In this document: positions 27,330 to 40,000 of the stretch, one piece after another
Position numbering within the stretch: the stretch's first letter is position 1
Layout of the letters: each line of letters begins with the position of its first letter
Source of the DNA: the human T2T-CHM13v2.0 reference genome, Homo sapiens
Direction: 5' to 3' (one strand)
Length of the DNA stretch: 64,000 bases
Assembly (NCBI RefSeq): GCF_009914755.1
Contig: NC_060925.1
Made by a program: the position numbers and the translations under genes
Notes under the pieces: generated by a model
The model's database searches: none
Told to the model about the DNA's origin: nothing
Seen by the model: only the letters and a program-made list of their open reading frames with translations

Positions 27330-30300
27330 GGAGTGGACTGGAATAAACACCAGTGTAATGGAATGGAATGGAATGGAATGGAATGGACTAGAATGGAATG
27401 GAATGCAATGAAATCAACCCGATTAGAATGGAATAGAATGCAATGGAATGAAATGGAATCAACTGGAAAGGAATGAAATGGAATGGAATGGAATGGAATG
27501 GAATCAACCCGAGTGGAATGGAATGGAATGGAATGGAATGGAAAGGAATGGAATGGAATAGAATGGAATGGAAACAACTCGAGTGGAAAAGAATGGAATG
27601 GAAAGGAATGGAATGGAAAGAAAGGAATGGAATGCAATGGAATGCAATGGTATTTAATGGAATGCAATGTAATTCAATGTAATGGAAACAAACGGAGTGG
27701 AATGTAATGGAATGGAAAGGACTGGACTGTAATTGAATGGATTGGAATCAACCCGATTCCAAGGCAATGGAATGGAATGGAATGGAATGGAATGGAATGG
27801 AATGGAATCAACCAGAGTGGAATGGAATGGAATGGAATGGATTGGAATGGAATGGAATGGTATGGAATGGAATAGAATGGAATGGAATCAACTCGAGTGG
27901 AAAGGAATGGAATGGAAAGTAATGGAATGGAAAGGAAAGGCATGGAATGCAATGGAATGCACCGGTATGTAATGGAGTCAACCCGAGTGGAATGGAATGG
28001 AATGGAATGAAAATGAATGGAATGCAATGCAATGGAATGGAGGGGAATGGAATCAACACCAGTGGAAGGGAATGCAATGGAATGGAGCGGACTGGAATAA
28101 GCACCAATGGAATGGAATGGATTGGAATGCAATGGAATGGAATGGAATGGACTAGAATGGAATGGAATGGAATGAAATGAACCCGATTTGAATGGAATAG
28201 AATGCAATGGAATGAAATGGAATCAACTGGAAAGGAATGAAATGGAATGGAATGGAATGGAATGGAATCAACCCGAATGGAATGGAATGGAATGGAATGG
28301 AATGGAATAGAATGGAATGGAATGGAATGGAATGGAATGGAATAGAATGGAATGGAAACAACTCGAGTGGAAAGGAATGGAATGGAAAGGAATGGAATGG
28401 AAAGGAAAGGAATGGAATGCAATGGAATGCAATGGTATGGAATGGAATACAATGGAATTCAATGTAATGGAAACAAACCGAGTGGAATGTAATGGAATGG
28501 AAAGGACTGGACTGTAATTGAATGGATTGGAATCAACACGATTCCAATGCAATGGAATGGAATGGAATGGAATGGAATGGAATGGAATCAACCCGAGTGG
28601 AATGGAATGGAATGGAATGGAATGGAATGGAATGGAATGGAATGGAATGGAATGGAATAGAATGGAATGGAATAAACTCGAGTGGAAAGGAATGGAATGG
28701 AAAGGAATGGAATGGAAAGGAAAGGCATGGAATGCAATGGAATGCAATAGTATGTAATGGAGTCAACCCGAGTGGAATGGAATGGAATGGAATGGAATGA
28801 AAATGAATGGAATGCAATGCAATGGAATGGAAGGGAATGGAATAAACACCAGTGGAAGGGAATGCAATGGAATGGAACGGACTGGAATAATCACCAGGGG
28901 AATGGAACGGAATGGAATGGAATGGAACGGAATGGAATGGAATGGACTAGAATGGAATGGAATGGAATGAAATCAACCCGATTAGAATGGAATAGAATGC
29001 AATGGAATGAAATGGAATCAACTGGATAGGAATGAAATGGAATGGAATGGAATGGAATGGAATGGAATCAACCCGAGTGGAATGGAATGGAATGGAATGG
29101 AATGGAATGGAATGGACTAGAATGGAATGGAATGGAATGAAATCAACCCGATTAGAATGGAATAGAATGCAATGGAATGAAATGGAATCAACTGGAAAGG
29201 TATGAAATGGAATGGAATGGAATGGAATGGAATCAACCCGAGTGGAATGGAATGGAATGGAATGGAATGGAATGGAATAGAATGGAATGGAAACAACTCG
29301 AGTGGAAAAGAATGGAATGGAAAGGAATGGAATGGAAAGAAAGGAATGGAATGCAATGGAATGCAATGGTATTTAAGGGAATGCAATGTAATTCAATGTA
29401 ATGGAAACAATCCGAGTGGAATGTAATAGAATGGAAAGGACTGGACTGTAATTGAATGGATTGGAATCAACCCGATTCCAAGGCAATGGAATGGAATGGA
29501 ATGGAATGGAATGGAATGGAATGGAATCAACCAGAGTGGAATGGAATGGAATGGAATGGATTGGAATGGAATGGAATGGTATGGAATGGAATAGAATGGA
29601 ATGGAATCAACTCGAGTGGAAAGGAATGGAATGGAAAGTAATGGAATGGAAAGGAAAGGCATGGAATGCAATGGAATGCACCGGTATGTAATGGAGTCAA
29701 CCCGAGTGGAATGGAATGGAATGGAATGAAAATGAATGGAATGCAATGCAATGGAATGGAGGGGAATGGAATCAACACCAGTGGAAGGGAATGCATTGGA
29801 ATGGAGCGGACTGGAATAAGCACCAGTGGAATGGAATGGATTGGAATGCAATGGAATGGAATGGAATGGACTAGAATGGAATGGAATGGAATGAAATGAA
29901 CCCGATTTGAATGGAATAGAATGCAATGGAATGAAATGGAATCAACTGGAAAGGAATGAAATAGAATGGAATGGAATGGAATGGAATCAACCCGAGTGGA
30001 ATAGAATGGAATGGAATGGAATGGAATGGAATGGAATGGAATGGAATGGAATGGAATGGAATAGATTGGAATATAATCAACTCGTGTGGAAAGAAATGGA
30101 ATGTAAAGGAATGGAAAGGAAAGGAAAGGAATGGAATGCAATGGAATGCAATGGTATGTAATGGAATCAACACGAGTGGAATGGAATGGAATGAAAATGA
30201 ATGGAATGTAATGCAATGGAATGGAGTGGAATGGAATAAACACCAGTGGAAGGGAATGCAATGGAATGGAGTGGAATGGAATAAACACCAGTGGAAGGGA

Positions 30301-33300
30301 ATGCAATGGAATGGAGTGGACTGGAATAAACACCAGTGTAATGGAATGGAATGGAATGGAATGGAATGGACTAGAATGGAATGGAATGCAATGAAATCAA
30401 CCCGATTAGAATGGAATAGAATGCAATGGAATGAAATGGAATCAACTGGAAAGGAATGAAATGGAATGGAATGGAATGGAATGGAATCAACCCGAGTGGA
30501 ATGGAATGGAATGGAATGGAATGGAAAGGAATGGAATGGAATAGAATGGAATGGAAACAACTCGAGTGGAAAAGAATGGAATGGAAAGGAATGGAATGGA
30601 AAGAAAGGAATGGAATGCAATGGAATGCAATGGTATTTAATGGAATGCAATGTAATTCAATGTAATGGAAACAAACGGAGTGGAATGTAATGGAATGGAA
30701 AGGACTGGACTGTAATTGAATGGATTGGAATCAACCCGATTCCAAGGCAATGGAATGGAATGGAATGGAATGGAATGGAATGGAATCAACCAGAGTGGAA
30801 TGGAATGGAATGGAATGGATTGGAATGGAATGGAATGGTATGGAATGGAATAGAATGGAATGGAATCAACTCGAGTGGAAAGGAATGGAATGGAAAGTAA
30901 TGGAATGGAAAGGAAAGGCATGGAATGCAATGGAATGCACCGGTATGTAATGGAGTCAACCCGAGTGGAATGGAATGGAATGGAATGAAAATGAATGGAA
31001 TGCAATGCAATGGAATGGAGGGGAATGGAATCAACACCAGTGGAAGGGAATGCAATGGAATGGAGCGGACTGGAATAAGCACCAATGGAATGGAATGGAT
31101 TGGAATGCAATGGAATGGAATGGAATGGACTAGAATGGAATGGAATGGAATGAAATGAACCCGATTTGAATGGAATAGAATGCAATGGAATGAAATGGAA
31201 TCAACTGGAAAGGAATGAAATGGAATGGAATGGAATGGAATGGAATCAACCCGAATGGAATGGAATGGAATGGAATGGAATGGAATAGAATGGAATGGAA
31301 TGGAATGGAATGGAATGGAATAGAATGGAATGGAAACAACTCGAGTGGAAAGGAATGGAATGGAAAGGAATGGAATGGAAAGGAAAGGAATGGAATGCAA
31401 TGGAATGCAATGGTATGGAATGGAATACAATGGAATTCAATGTAATGGAAACAAACCGAGTGGAATGTAATGGAATGGAAAGGACTGGACTGTAATTGAA
31501 TGGATTGGAATCAACACGATTCCAATGCAATGGAATGGAATGGAATGGAATGGAATGGAATGGAATCAACCCGAGTGGAATGGAATGGAATGGAATGGAA
31601 TGGAATGGAATGGAATGGAATGGAATGGAATGGAATGGAATGGAATAGAATGGAATGGAAACAACTCGAGTGGAAAGGAATGGAATGGAAAGGAATGGAA
31701 TGGAAAGGAAAGGAATGGAATGCAATGGAATGCAATGGTATGGAATGGAATACAATGGAATTCAATGTAATGGAAACAAACCGAGTGGAATGTAATGGAA
31801 TGGAAAGGACTGGACTGTAATTGAATGGATTGGAATCAACACGATTCCAATGCAATGGAATGGAATGGAATGGAATGGAATGGAATGGAATCAACCCGAG
31901 TGGAATGGAATGGAATGGAATGGAATGGAATGGAATGGAATGGAATGGAATGGAATGGAATGGAATGGAATAGAATGGAATGGAATAAACTCGAGTGGAA
32001 AGGAATGGAATGGAAAGGAATGGAATGGAAAGGAAAGGCATGGAATGCAATGGAATGCAATAGTATGTAATGGAGTCAACCCGAGTGGAATGGAATGGAA
32101 TGGAATGGAATGAAAATGAATGGAATGCAATGCAATGGAATGGAAGGGAATGGAATAAACACCAGTGGAAGGGAATGCAATGGAATGGAACGGACTGGAA
32201 TAATCACCAGGGGAATGGAACGGAATGGAATGGAATGGAACGGAATGGAATGGAATGGACTAGAATGGAATGGAATGGAATGAAATCAACCCGATTAGAA
32301 TGGAATAGAATGCAATGGAATGAAATGGAATCAACTGGATAGGAATGAAATGGAATGGAATGGAATGGAATGGAATGGAATCAACCCGAGTGGAATGGAA
32401 TGGAATGGAATGGAATGGAATGGAATGGACTAGAATGGAATGGAATGGAATGAAATCAACCCGATTAGAATGGAATAGAATGCAATGGAATGAAATGGAA
32501 TCAACTGGAAAGGTATGAAATGGAATGGAATGGAATGGAATGGAATCAACCCGAGTGGAATGGAATGGAATGGAATGGAATGGAATGGAATAGAATGGAA
32601 TGGAAACAACTCGAGTGGAAAAGAATGGAATGGAAAGGAATGGAATGGAAAGAAAGGAATGGAATGCAATGGAATGCAATGGTATTTAAGGGAATGCAAT
32701 GTAATTCAATGTAATGGAAACAATCCGAGTGGAATGTAATAGAATGGAAAGGACTGGACTGTAATTGAATGGATTGGAATCAACCCGATTCCAAGGCAAT
32801 GGAATGGAATGGAATGGAATGGAATGGAATGGAATGGAATCAACCAGAGTGGAATGGAATGGAATGGAATGGATTGGAATGGAATGGAATGGTATGGAAT
32901 GGAATAGAATGGAATGGAATCAACTCGAGTGGAAAGGAATGGAATGGAAAGTAATGGAATGGAAAGGAAAGGCATGGAATGCAATGGAATGCACCGGTAT
33001 GTAATGGAGTCAACCCGAGTGGAATGGAATGGAATGGAATGAAAATGAATGGAATGCAATGCAATGGAATGGAGGGGAATGGAATCAACACCAGTGGAAG
33101 GGAATGCATTGGAATGGAGCGGACTGGAATAAGCACCAGTGGAATGGAATGGATTGGAATGCAATGGAATGGAATGGAATGGACTAGAATGGAATGGAAT
33201 GGAATGAAATGAACCCGATTTGAATGGAATAGAATGCAATGGAATGAAATGGAATCAACTGGAAAGGAATGAAATAGAATGGAATGGAATGGAATGGAAT

Positions 33301-33620
33301 CAACCCGAGTGGAATAGAATGGAATGGAATGGAATGGAATGGAATGGAATGGAATGGAATGGAATGGAATGGAATAGATTGGAATATAATCAACTCGTGT
33401 GGAAAGAAATGGAATGTAAAGGAATGGAAAGGAAAGGAAAGGAATGGAATGCAATGGAATGCAATGGTATGTAATGGAATCAACACGAGTGGAATGGAAT
33501 GGAATGAAAATGAATGGAATGTAATGCAATGGAATGGAGTGGAATGGAATAAACACCAGTGGAAGGGAATGCAATGGAATGGAGTGGAATGGAATAAACA
33601 CCAGTGGAAGGGAATGCAAT
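27330..33620 (+). repeat. Near-identical tandem duplication of a ~2.98-kb block inside HOR copy 2
   Basis: Identical translated ORFs are offset by 2983 bp (27473 vs 30456). After a nested 325-bp duplication they are offset by 3313 bp (28757 vs 32070; 29907 vs 33220). Ends are approximate. Confidence 0.88.
31334..31983 (+). repeat. 325-bp tandem duplication nested in the second 3-kb copy
   Basis: The AAACAACTCGAG...ATACAATGGAATTC...CAACACGATTCC block starts at 31334 and again at 31659. It is single in every other copy. Confidence 0.9.
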
Positions 33621-36600
33621 GGAATGGAGTGGACTGGAATAAACACCAGTGTAATGGAATGGAATGGAATGGAATGGAATGGACTAGAATGGAATGGAAT
33701 GCAATGAAATCAACCCGATTAGAATGGAATAGAATGCAATGGAATGAAATGGAATCAACTGGAAAGGAATGAAATGGAATGGAATGGAATGGAATGGAAT
33801 GGAATCAACCCAAGTGGAATGGAATGGAATGGAATGGAATGGAATGGAATGGAATGGAATGGAATAGAATGGAATGGAAACAACTCGAGTGGAAAAGAAT
33901 GGAATGGAAAGGAATGGAATGGAAAGAAAGGAATGGAATGCAATGGAATGCAATGGTATTTAATGGAATGCAATGTAATTCAATGTAATGGAAACAAACG
34001 GAGTGGAATGTAATGGAATGGAAAGGACTGGACTGTAATTGAATGGATTGGAATCAACCCGATTCCAAGGCAATGGAATGGAATGGAATGGAATGGAATG
34101 GAATGGAATCAACTCGAGTGGAAAGGAATGGAATGGAAAGTAATGGAACGGAAAGGAAAGGCATGGAATGCAAAGGAATGCAATGGTATGTAATGGAGTC
34201 AACCCGATTGGAATGGAATGGAATGGAATGGAATGAAAATGAATGGAATGCAATTCAATGGAATGGAAGGGAATGGAATAAACACCAGTGGAAGGGAATG
34301 AAATGGAATGGAACGGACTGGAAAATCACCAGTGGAATGGAATGGAATGGAAAGGAATGGAATGGAATGGACTAGAATGGAATGGAATGGAATGAAATCA
34401 ACCCGATTAGAATGGAATAGAATGCAATGGAATGAAATGGAATTAACTGGATAGGAATGAAATGGAATGGAATGGAATGGAATGGAATCAACCCGAGTGG
34501 AATGGAATGGAATGGAATGGAATGCAATGGAGTGGAATGGAATAAACACCAGTGGAATGGAATGGAATGGAATGGAATGGAATGGAATGGAATGGAATCA
34601 ACCCGACTGGAATGCAAAGGAATGGAATGGAAAGGCATGGAATCAACCCGAGTGGAATGGATTGGAATAGAGTGGAATGGAATGGAATGGCATAGAATGC
34701 AATGGAATCAACTAGAATGGAATGGAATGGAATGGATTGGAATGGAATCGAACGGAATCAACCTGAGCGGAATGGAATGGAATGGAATGAATGGAATGGA
34801 ATGGAATGGAAACTAATGGAATGGATTGGAAAGGAAACAACCCGAGTGGAATGGAATGCAATGGAATGCAATGGAATGCAATGGAATGGAATGGAATGGA
34901 ATGGAATTCTATGTAATGGAAACAAACCGAGTGGAATGTAATGGAATGTAAAGGACTGAAATGTAATGGAATGTATAGGAATCAACCCGACTCCAATGCA
35001 ACGGAATGGAATGGAATGGAATGGAATGGAATGGAATGGAATTTAATGGAATGGAATGGAATGGAATGGAATGGAGTGGAATGGAATTTAATGGAATGGA
35101 AAGGAATGGAATGAACTGGAATGGAATGGAATGGAATGGAATGGAATGGAATTTAATGGAATGGAATGTCATCAACACGAGTGGTGTGGAATGGAATGGA
35201 ATGGAAATGAATTTAATGGAATGGAATGGAATGGAACGGAACGGAATGGAAGAACGCGAATGTAATGGAATGGAATAGAACGGAATAAACACGAGAGGAA
35301 TGGAATGGAATGTAATGGAATGGAATAGAATGGAATGGAAGCAACTCGAGTGGAAAGGAATGAAATGGAAAGGAATGGAATGGAAAGGAAAGGAATGGAA
35401 TACAATGGAATGCAACGGTGTGGAATGGAGTCAACACGAGTGGAATGGTACGGAATGGAATGGAATGAAATGGAATGGAATGGAATGCAACGGAATGGAG
35501 TGGAATGGAATAAACACCAGTGGAAAGGAATGGAGTGGAATGGAATGGAATGGAATTTAATGGAATGGACAGGAATGCAATGGAATGGAATGGAATGCAA
35601 TGGAATGAAATGAACCCGAATGGAATGGAATGGAATGCAATATAAAGGAATGGAATCAACTGTAAAAGAATGAAATGGAATGGAATGGAATGGAATGGAA
35701 TGGAATGGAATGGAATCAACCCGAGTGGAATGCAATGGAATGGAATGGAATGAAATCAACCCAAGTGGAATGGATAGGAATAGAGTGGAACGGAATGGAA
35801 CAGCATGGAATGGAATGGTATGGATTGCAATGGAATCAACTAGAATGGAATGGAATAGAATGGAATGGAATGGAATGGAATGGAAAGGAATGGAATGGAA
35901 TGGACAGGAAAGGAATGGAATGGTATGAAATCATCCCGATTGGAATGGAGTGGAATGCAATGGAATGGAATAGAACCAACTGGAAAGGAATGAAATGGAA
36001 TGGAATGGAATGGAATGGAATGGAATGGAATGGAACGGAATGGAATGGAATCAACCCGAGTGCAATGGATTGGAATGGAGTGGAATGGAATGGAACGCCA
36101 TGGAATGCAACGGAATCAACTAGAATGGAATGGAATGGAATGGAATAAACAAGAGTGAAATGGAATGGAATGGAATGGAATAAAATGGAATGGAATCAAC
36201 TCGAGTGGAGAGGAATGGAATGGAAAGGAATGGAATGGAAAGGAATAGAATGGAATGCAATGGAATGCAATGGAATGCAATGGTATGGAATGGAGTAAAC
36301 ACGAGAGGAATGGAATGGAATGGAATGGAATGAAATGGAATGGAATGCAATGGAATGGAATGGAATGGAATCAACTGGAAAGGAATGAAAAGGAATGGAA
36401 TGGAATGGAATGGAATGGAAACAACCCGAGTGGAATGGAATGGAATGGAATGAAATGGAATGGAATGGAATGGAATGGAATGGAATGGAATGGAATGGAA
36501 TGGAATGGAATGAAATCAACCCGACTGGAATGGAATGGAATGGAATGGAATGGAATGGAATGAAATCAACCCGAGTTGAATGGAATGGAATGGAATGGAA

Positions 36601-37001
36601 TGGAATCGAATGGAATGGAGTGGAATGGAATGGAACGGAATGGAATCAACGCGAGTGGAATGCAATGGAATGGAATGGAATGCAATGGAATGGAATGGAA
36701 TGGAATGGAATGGAATGGAATGGAATAAACACGAGTGGAATGGATTGGAATGGAGTGGAATGGAATGGAACGGCATGGAGTGCAACGGAATCAACTAGAA
36801 TGGAATGGAATGGAATGGAATAAACACGAGTGGAATGCAATGGAATGGAATGGAATGGAATGGAATAAACCCGAGTAGAATGGAATGGAATGGAATGGAA
36901 TGAAATGGAATGGAATGCAATGCAATGGAATGTAGGGGAATGAAATAAACACCAGTGGAATAGAATGTAATGTAATGGAATGGAATGGAATGGAATGGAA
37001 T

Positions 37002-40000
37002 GGACAGGAATGGAATGGAAAGGAATGGAATGGAATGGAATGGACTAGAGTGGAATGGAATTAAATGAAATCAACCCGATTGGAATGGAATGGAATGGAA
37101 TCAACTGGAAAGGAATCAAATGGAATGGAATGGAATGGAATGGAATGGAATGGAATGGAATGGAACGGAAACAACCCGACTGGAATGCAATGGAATGGAA
37201 TGGAATGGAATGGAATGGAATGGAATGGAATGGAATAGAATGGAATGGAATGGAATCAACCTGAGTGGAATGGATTGGAATGGAGTGGAATGGAATGGAA
37301 CGGCATGGAATGCAATGGAATCAACTAGAATGGAATGGAATTGAATGGATTGGAATGGAATCGAAAGGAATCAACCTGAGTGGAATGGAATGGAATGGAA
37401 TGGAATGAATGGAATGGAGTGGAATGGATACAAATGGAATGGAATGGAAAGGAAAGAACCCGAGAGGAATAGAATGCAATGGAATGCAATGGAATGGAAT
37501 GGAATGCAATGGAATTCAATGTAATGGAAACACACCGAGTGGAATGTAATGGAATGGAAAGGACTGGACTGTAATGGAATGGATTGGAATCAACCCGATT
37601 CCAATGGAATGGAATGGAATGGAATGGAATGGATTATAATGGATTGGAATGCAATCAATCCGGGTTGAATGGAATGGAATGGAATGGAAGGGAATGGAAT
37701 GCAACGGAAAGGAATGGAATGAACTGGAATGGAATGCAATGGAATGGAATTTAATGGAATGGAATGGAATGGAATGGAATTTAATGGAATGGAATGGAAT
37801 GGAATCAACGCGAGTGGAGTCGAATGGAATTGAAAGAAAATTAATAGAATGGAATGGAATGGAATGGAATGGAATGCAATGGAATGGAATGCAATGGAAT
37901 GCAATGGCATGGAATAGAATGAACCCGAGTGGAATGGAATGGAATGGAAAGGCACGGAATGGAATGGAATGGAATGGAATGCAATGGAATCAACCTGAGT
38001 GGAATGGAATGCAATGGAATCAACCCGAGTGGAATTGAATGGAGTGGAATGCAATGGAATGGAATGGAGTGGAAGGCATTAGAATCAACTGCAATGGAAT
38101 GGAATGGAATGGAATGGAATGGAATGGAATGGCACGGAATGGAATCAACCCCAGTGGAATGGAATGCATTACAATGGAATGGAAAGGAATCAATCCGGGT
38201 GGAATGGAATGGAATGGAATGGATTATAATGGAATGGAATGGAATCAATCCGGGTGGAATGGAATGGAATGGAATGGAATGGAATGGAATTGAATGGAAC
38301 GGAATGGAATGGAATCAACTCGAATGGAACGGAAGGGAATGGAGTGGAAAGGAATTGAAAGGAATGGAATGCAAAGGCATCAACCCTAATGGACAGGAAT
38401 GTAATGGAATGGAATCGAATGCAATGGAATGGAATGGAATGGAATGGAATGGAATATAATGGAATGGAATGGAATGGAGTGTAATGGAATGGAATGCTAC
38501 GGAATCAACCTGAGTGGAATGGAATTGAATGGAATGGAAGGCAATGGAATGGAATTTCATGGAATCAAACCTAGTGGAATGGAATGGAATGCAATGGAAT
38601 GGAACGGAATGGAATGCAAGGAATCAACTGGAAAGGAATGGAATGGAATGGAATGGAATGGAATGGAACGGAATGGAATTAACCTGAGTGGAATGGAATG
38701 GAAACGAATGAAATGGAATGGAATGGAAAATAATGGAATGGAATGGAAACAACCCGAATGGAATGGAATTCAATGGAATGGAATGGAATGGAATGGAATG
38801 GAATTCAACGGAATGGAAACAACCCGAGTGAAATGGCATGGAATGGAAAGGACTTGAATGTAATGGAACGGATTGGAATCAACCCGATTAGAAAACAATG
38901 GAATGGAATGGAATGGAATGGAATGGAATGGAATGGAAAGGAATGGAATGGAAAGGAATGGAATGGAATGGAAGGGAAGGGAATGGAATGGAATGTAATG
39001 GAAAGGAATGGAAGGGAATGGAAGGGAATGGAATGGAATGGAATCAACTGGAATGGAATGGAATGGAATGGAAGCAACAAGAAGTGGCATGGAATGTAAT
39101 GGATTGAAATGGAATGGAATCAACTGGAATACTATGGAATGAAATCAACCCGAGTGGAATGGAATGGAATGGAATGGAATGGAATGGAATGGAATGGAAT
39201 GGAATGCAATGGAATGGAACCACCTGGAATGGAATGAAATGGAATGGAATGGAGTGGAATGGAATGGAATGGAATGGAATGGAATCAACCCGAGTGGAAT
39301 GGAATGGAATGGAATGGAATGGAATGGAATGGAATGGAATCAACCTGAGTGTAGTGGAATAAAATGGAATGGAATGGAATGGACTCAACCCGAGTGGAAC
39401 GGAATTGAGTGGGATGGAATGGAATGGAATGGAATGGAATGGAATTAACCCGAGTGGAATGAATGGAAAGGAATGGAATGGAATGGAATGGAATGGAGCG
39501 GAATGGAATAGAATGGAATCAACAAGATTGGAATGGATTGAATGCAATGGAATGGAATAGAATGTAATGGAACGGAATGGAATGGAATCAACCCGAGTGG
39601 AAGGGAATGGAATTGAATGGAAAGGAATGGATTGGAATCCACCCATGTGGAATGGAATGAAATGGAATGGAATGGAATGGAGTAGAATGGAAAGGAATGG
39701 AATGGAATGGAATGGAATGGAATGGAATGGAATGGAATGGAATGGAATGGAATGCAATTTAATTAAATGGAATGGAATCAACCAGAGTGGAATGGACTGG
39801 AATGGATTGGAATGGAAAGGAATTGAGTGGAATCAACCCGAGTGAAATGGAATGGAATGGGATGGAATGGAATGGAATGGTAAGGACTGGAATCAACCCG
39901 AGTGGAATGGAATGGAATGGAATGGATTCAACACGAGTGGAATGGAATGGAATGGAATGGAATGGAATGGAATGGAATGGAATCAACCCAAGTGGAATGG

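Larger units (their letters stand above)
22100..37001 (+). repeat. HSat3 higher-order repeat, copy 2 (14902 bp; expanded by internal duplications)
   Basis: Same ordered landmarks (TTAATTAA 24852, CAGCTGCAG 25142). The TAGATTGGAATATAATCAACTCGTGTGG marker occurs three times (27124, 30062, 33375) instead of twice. Confidence 0.93.
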
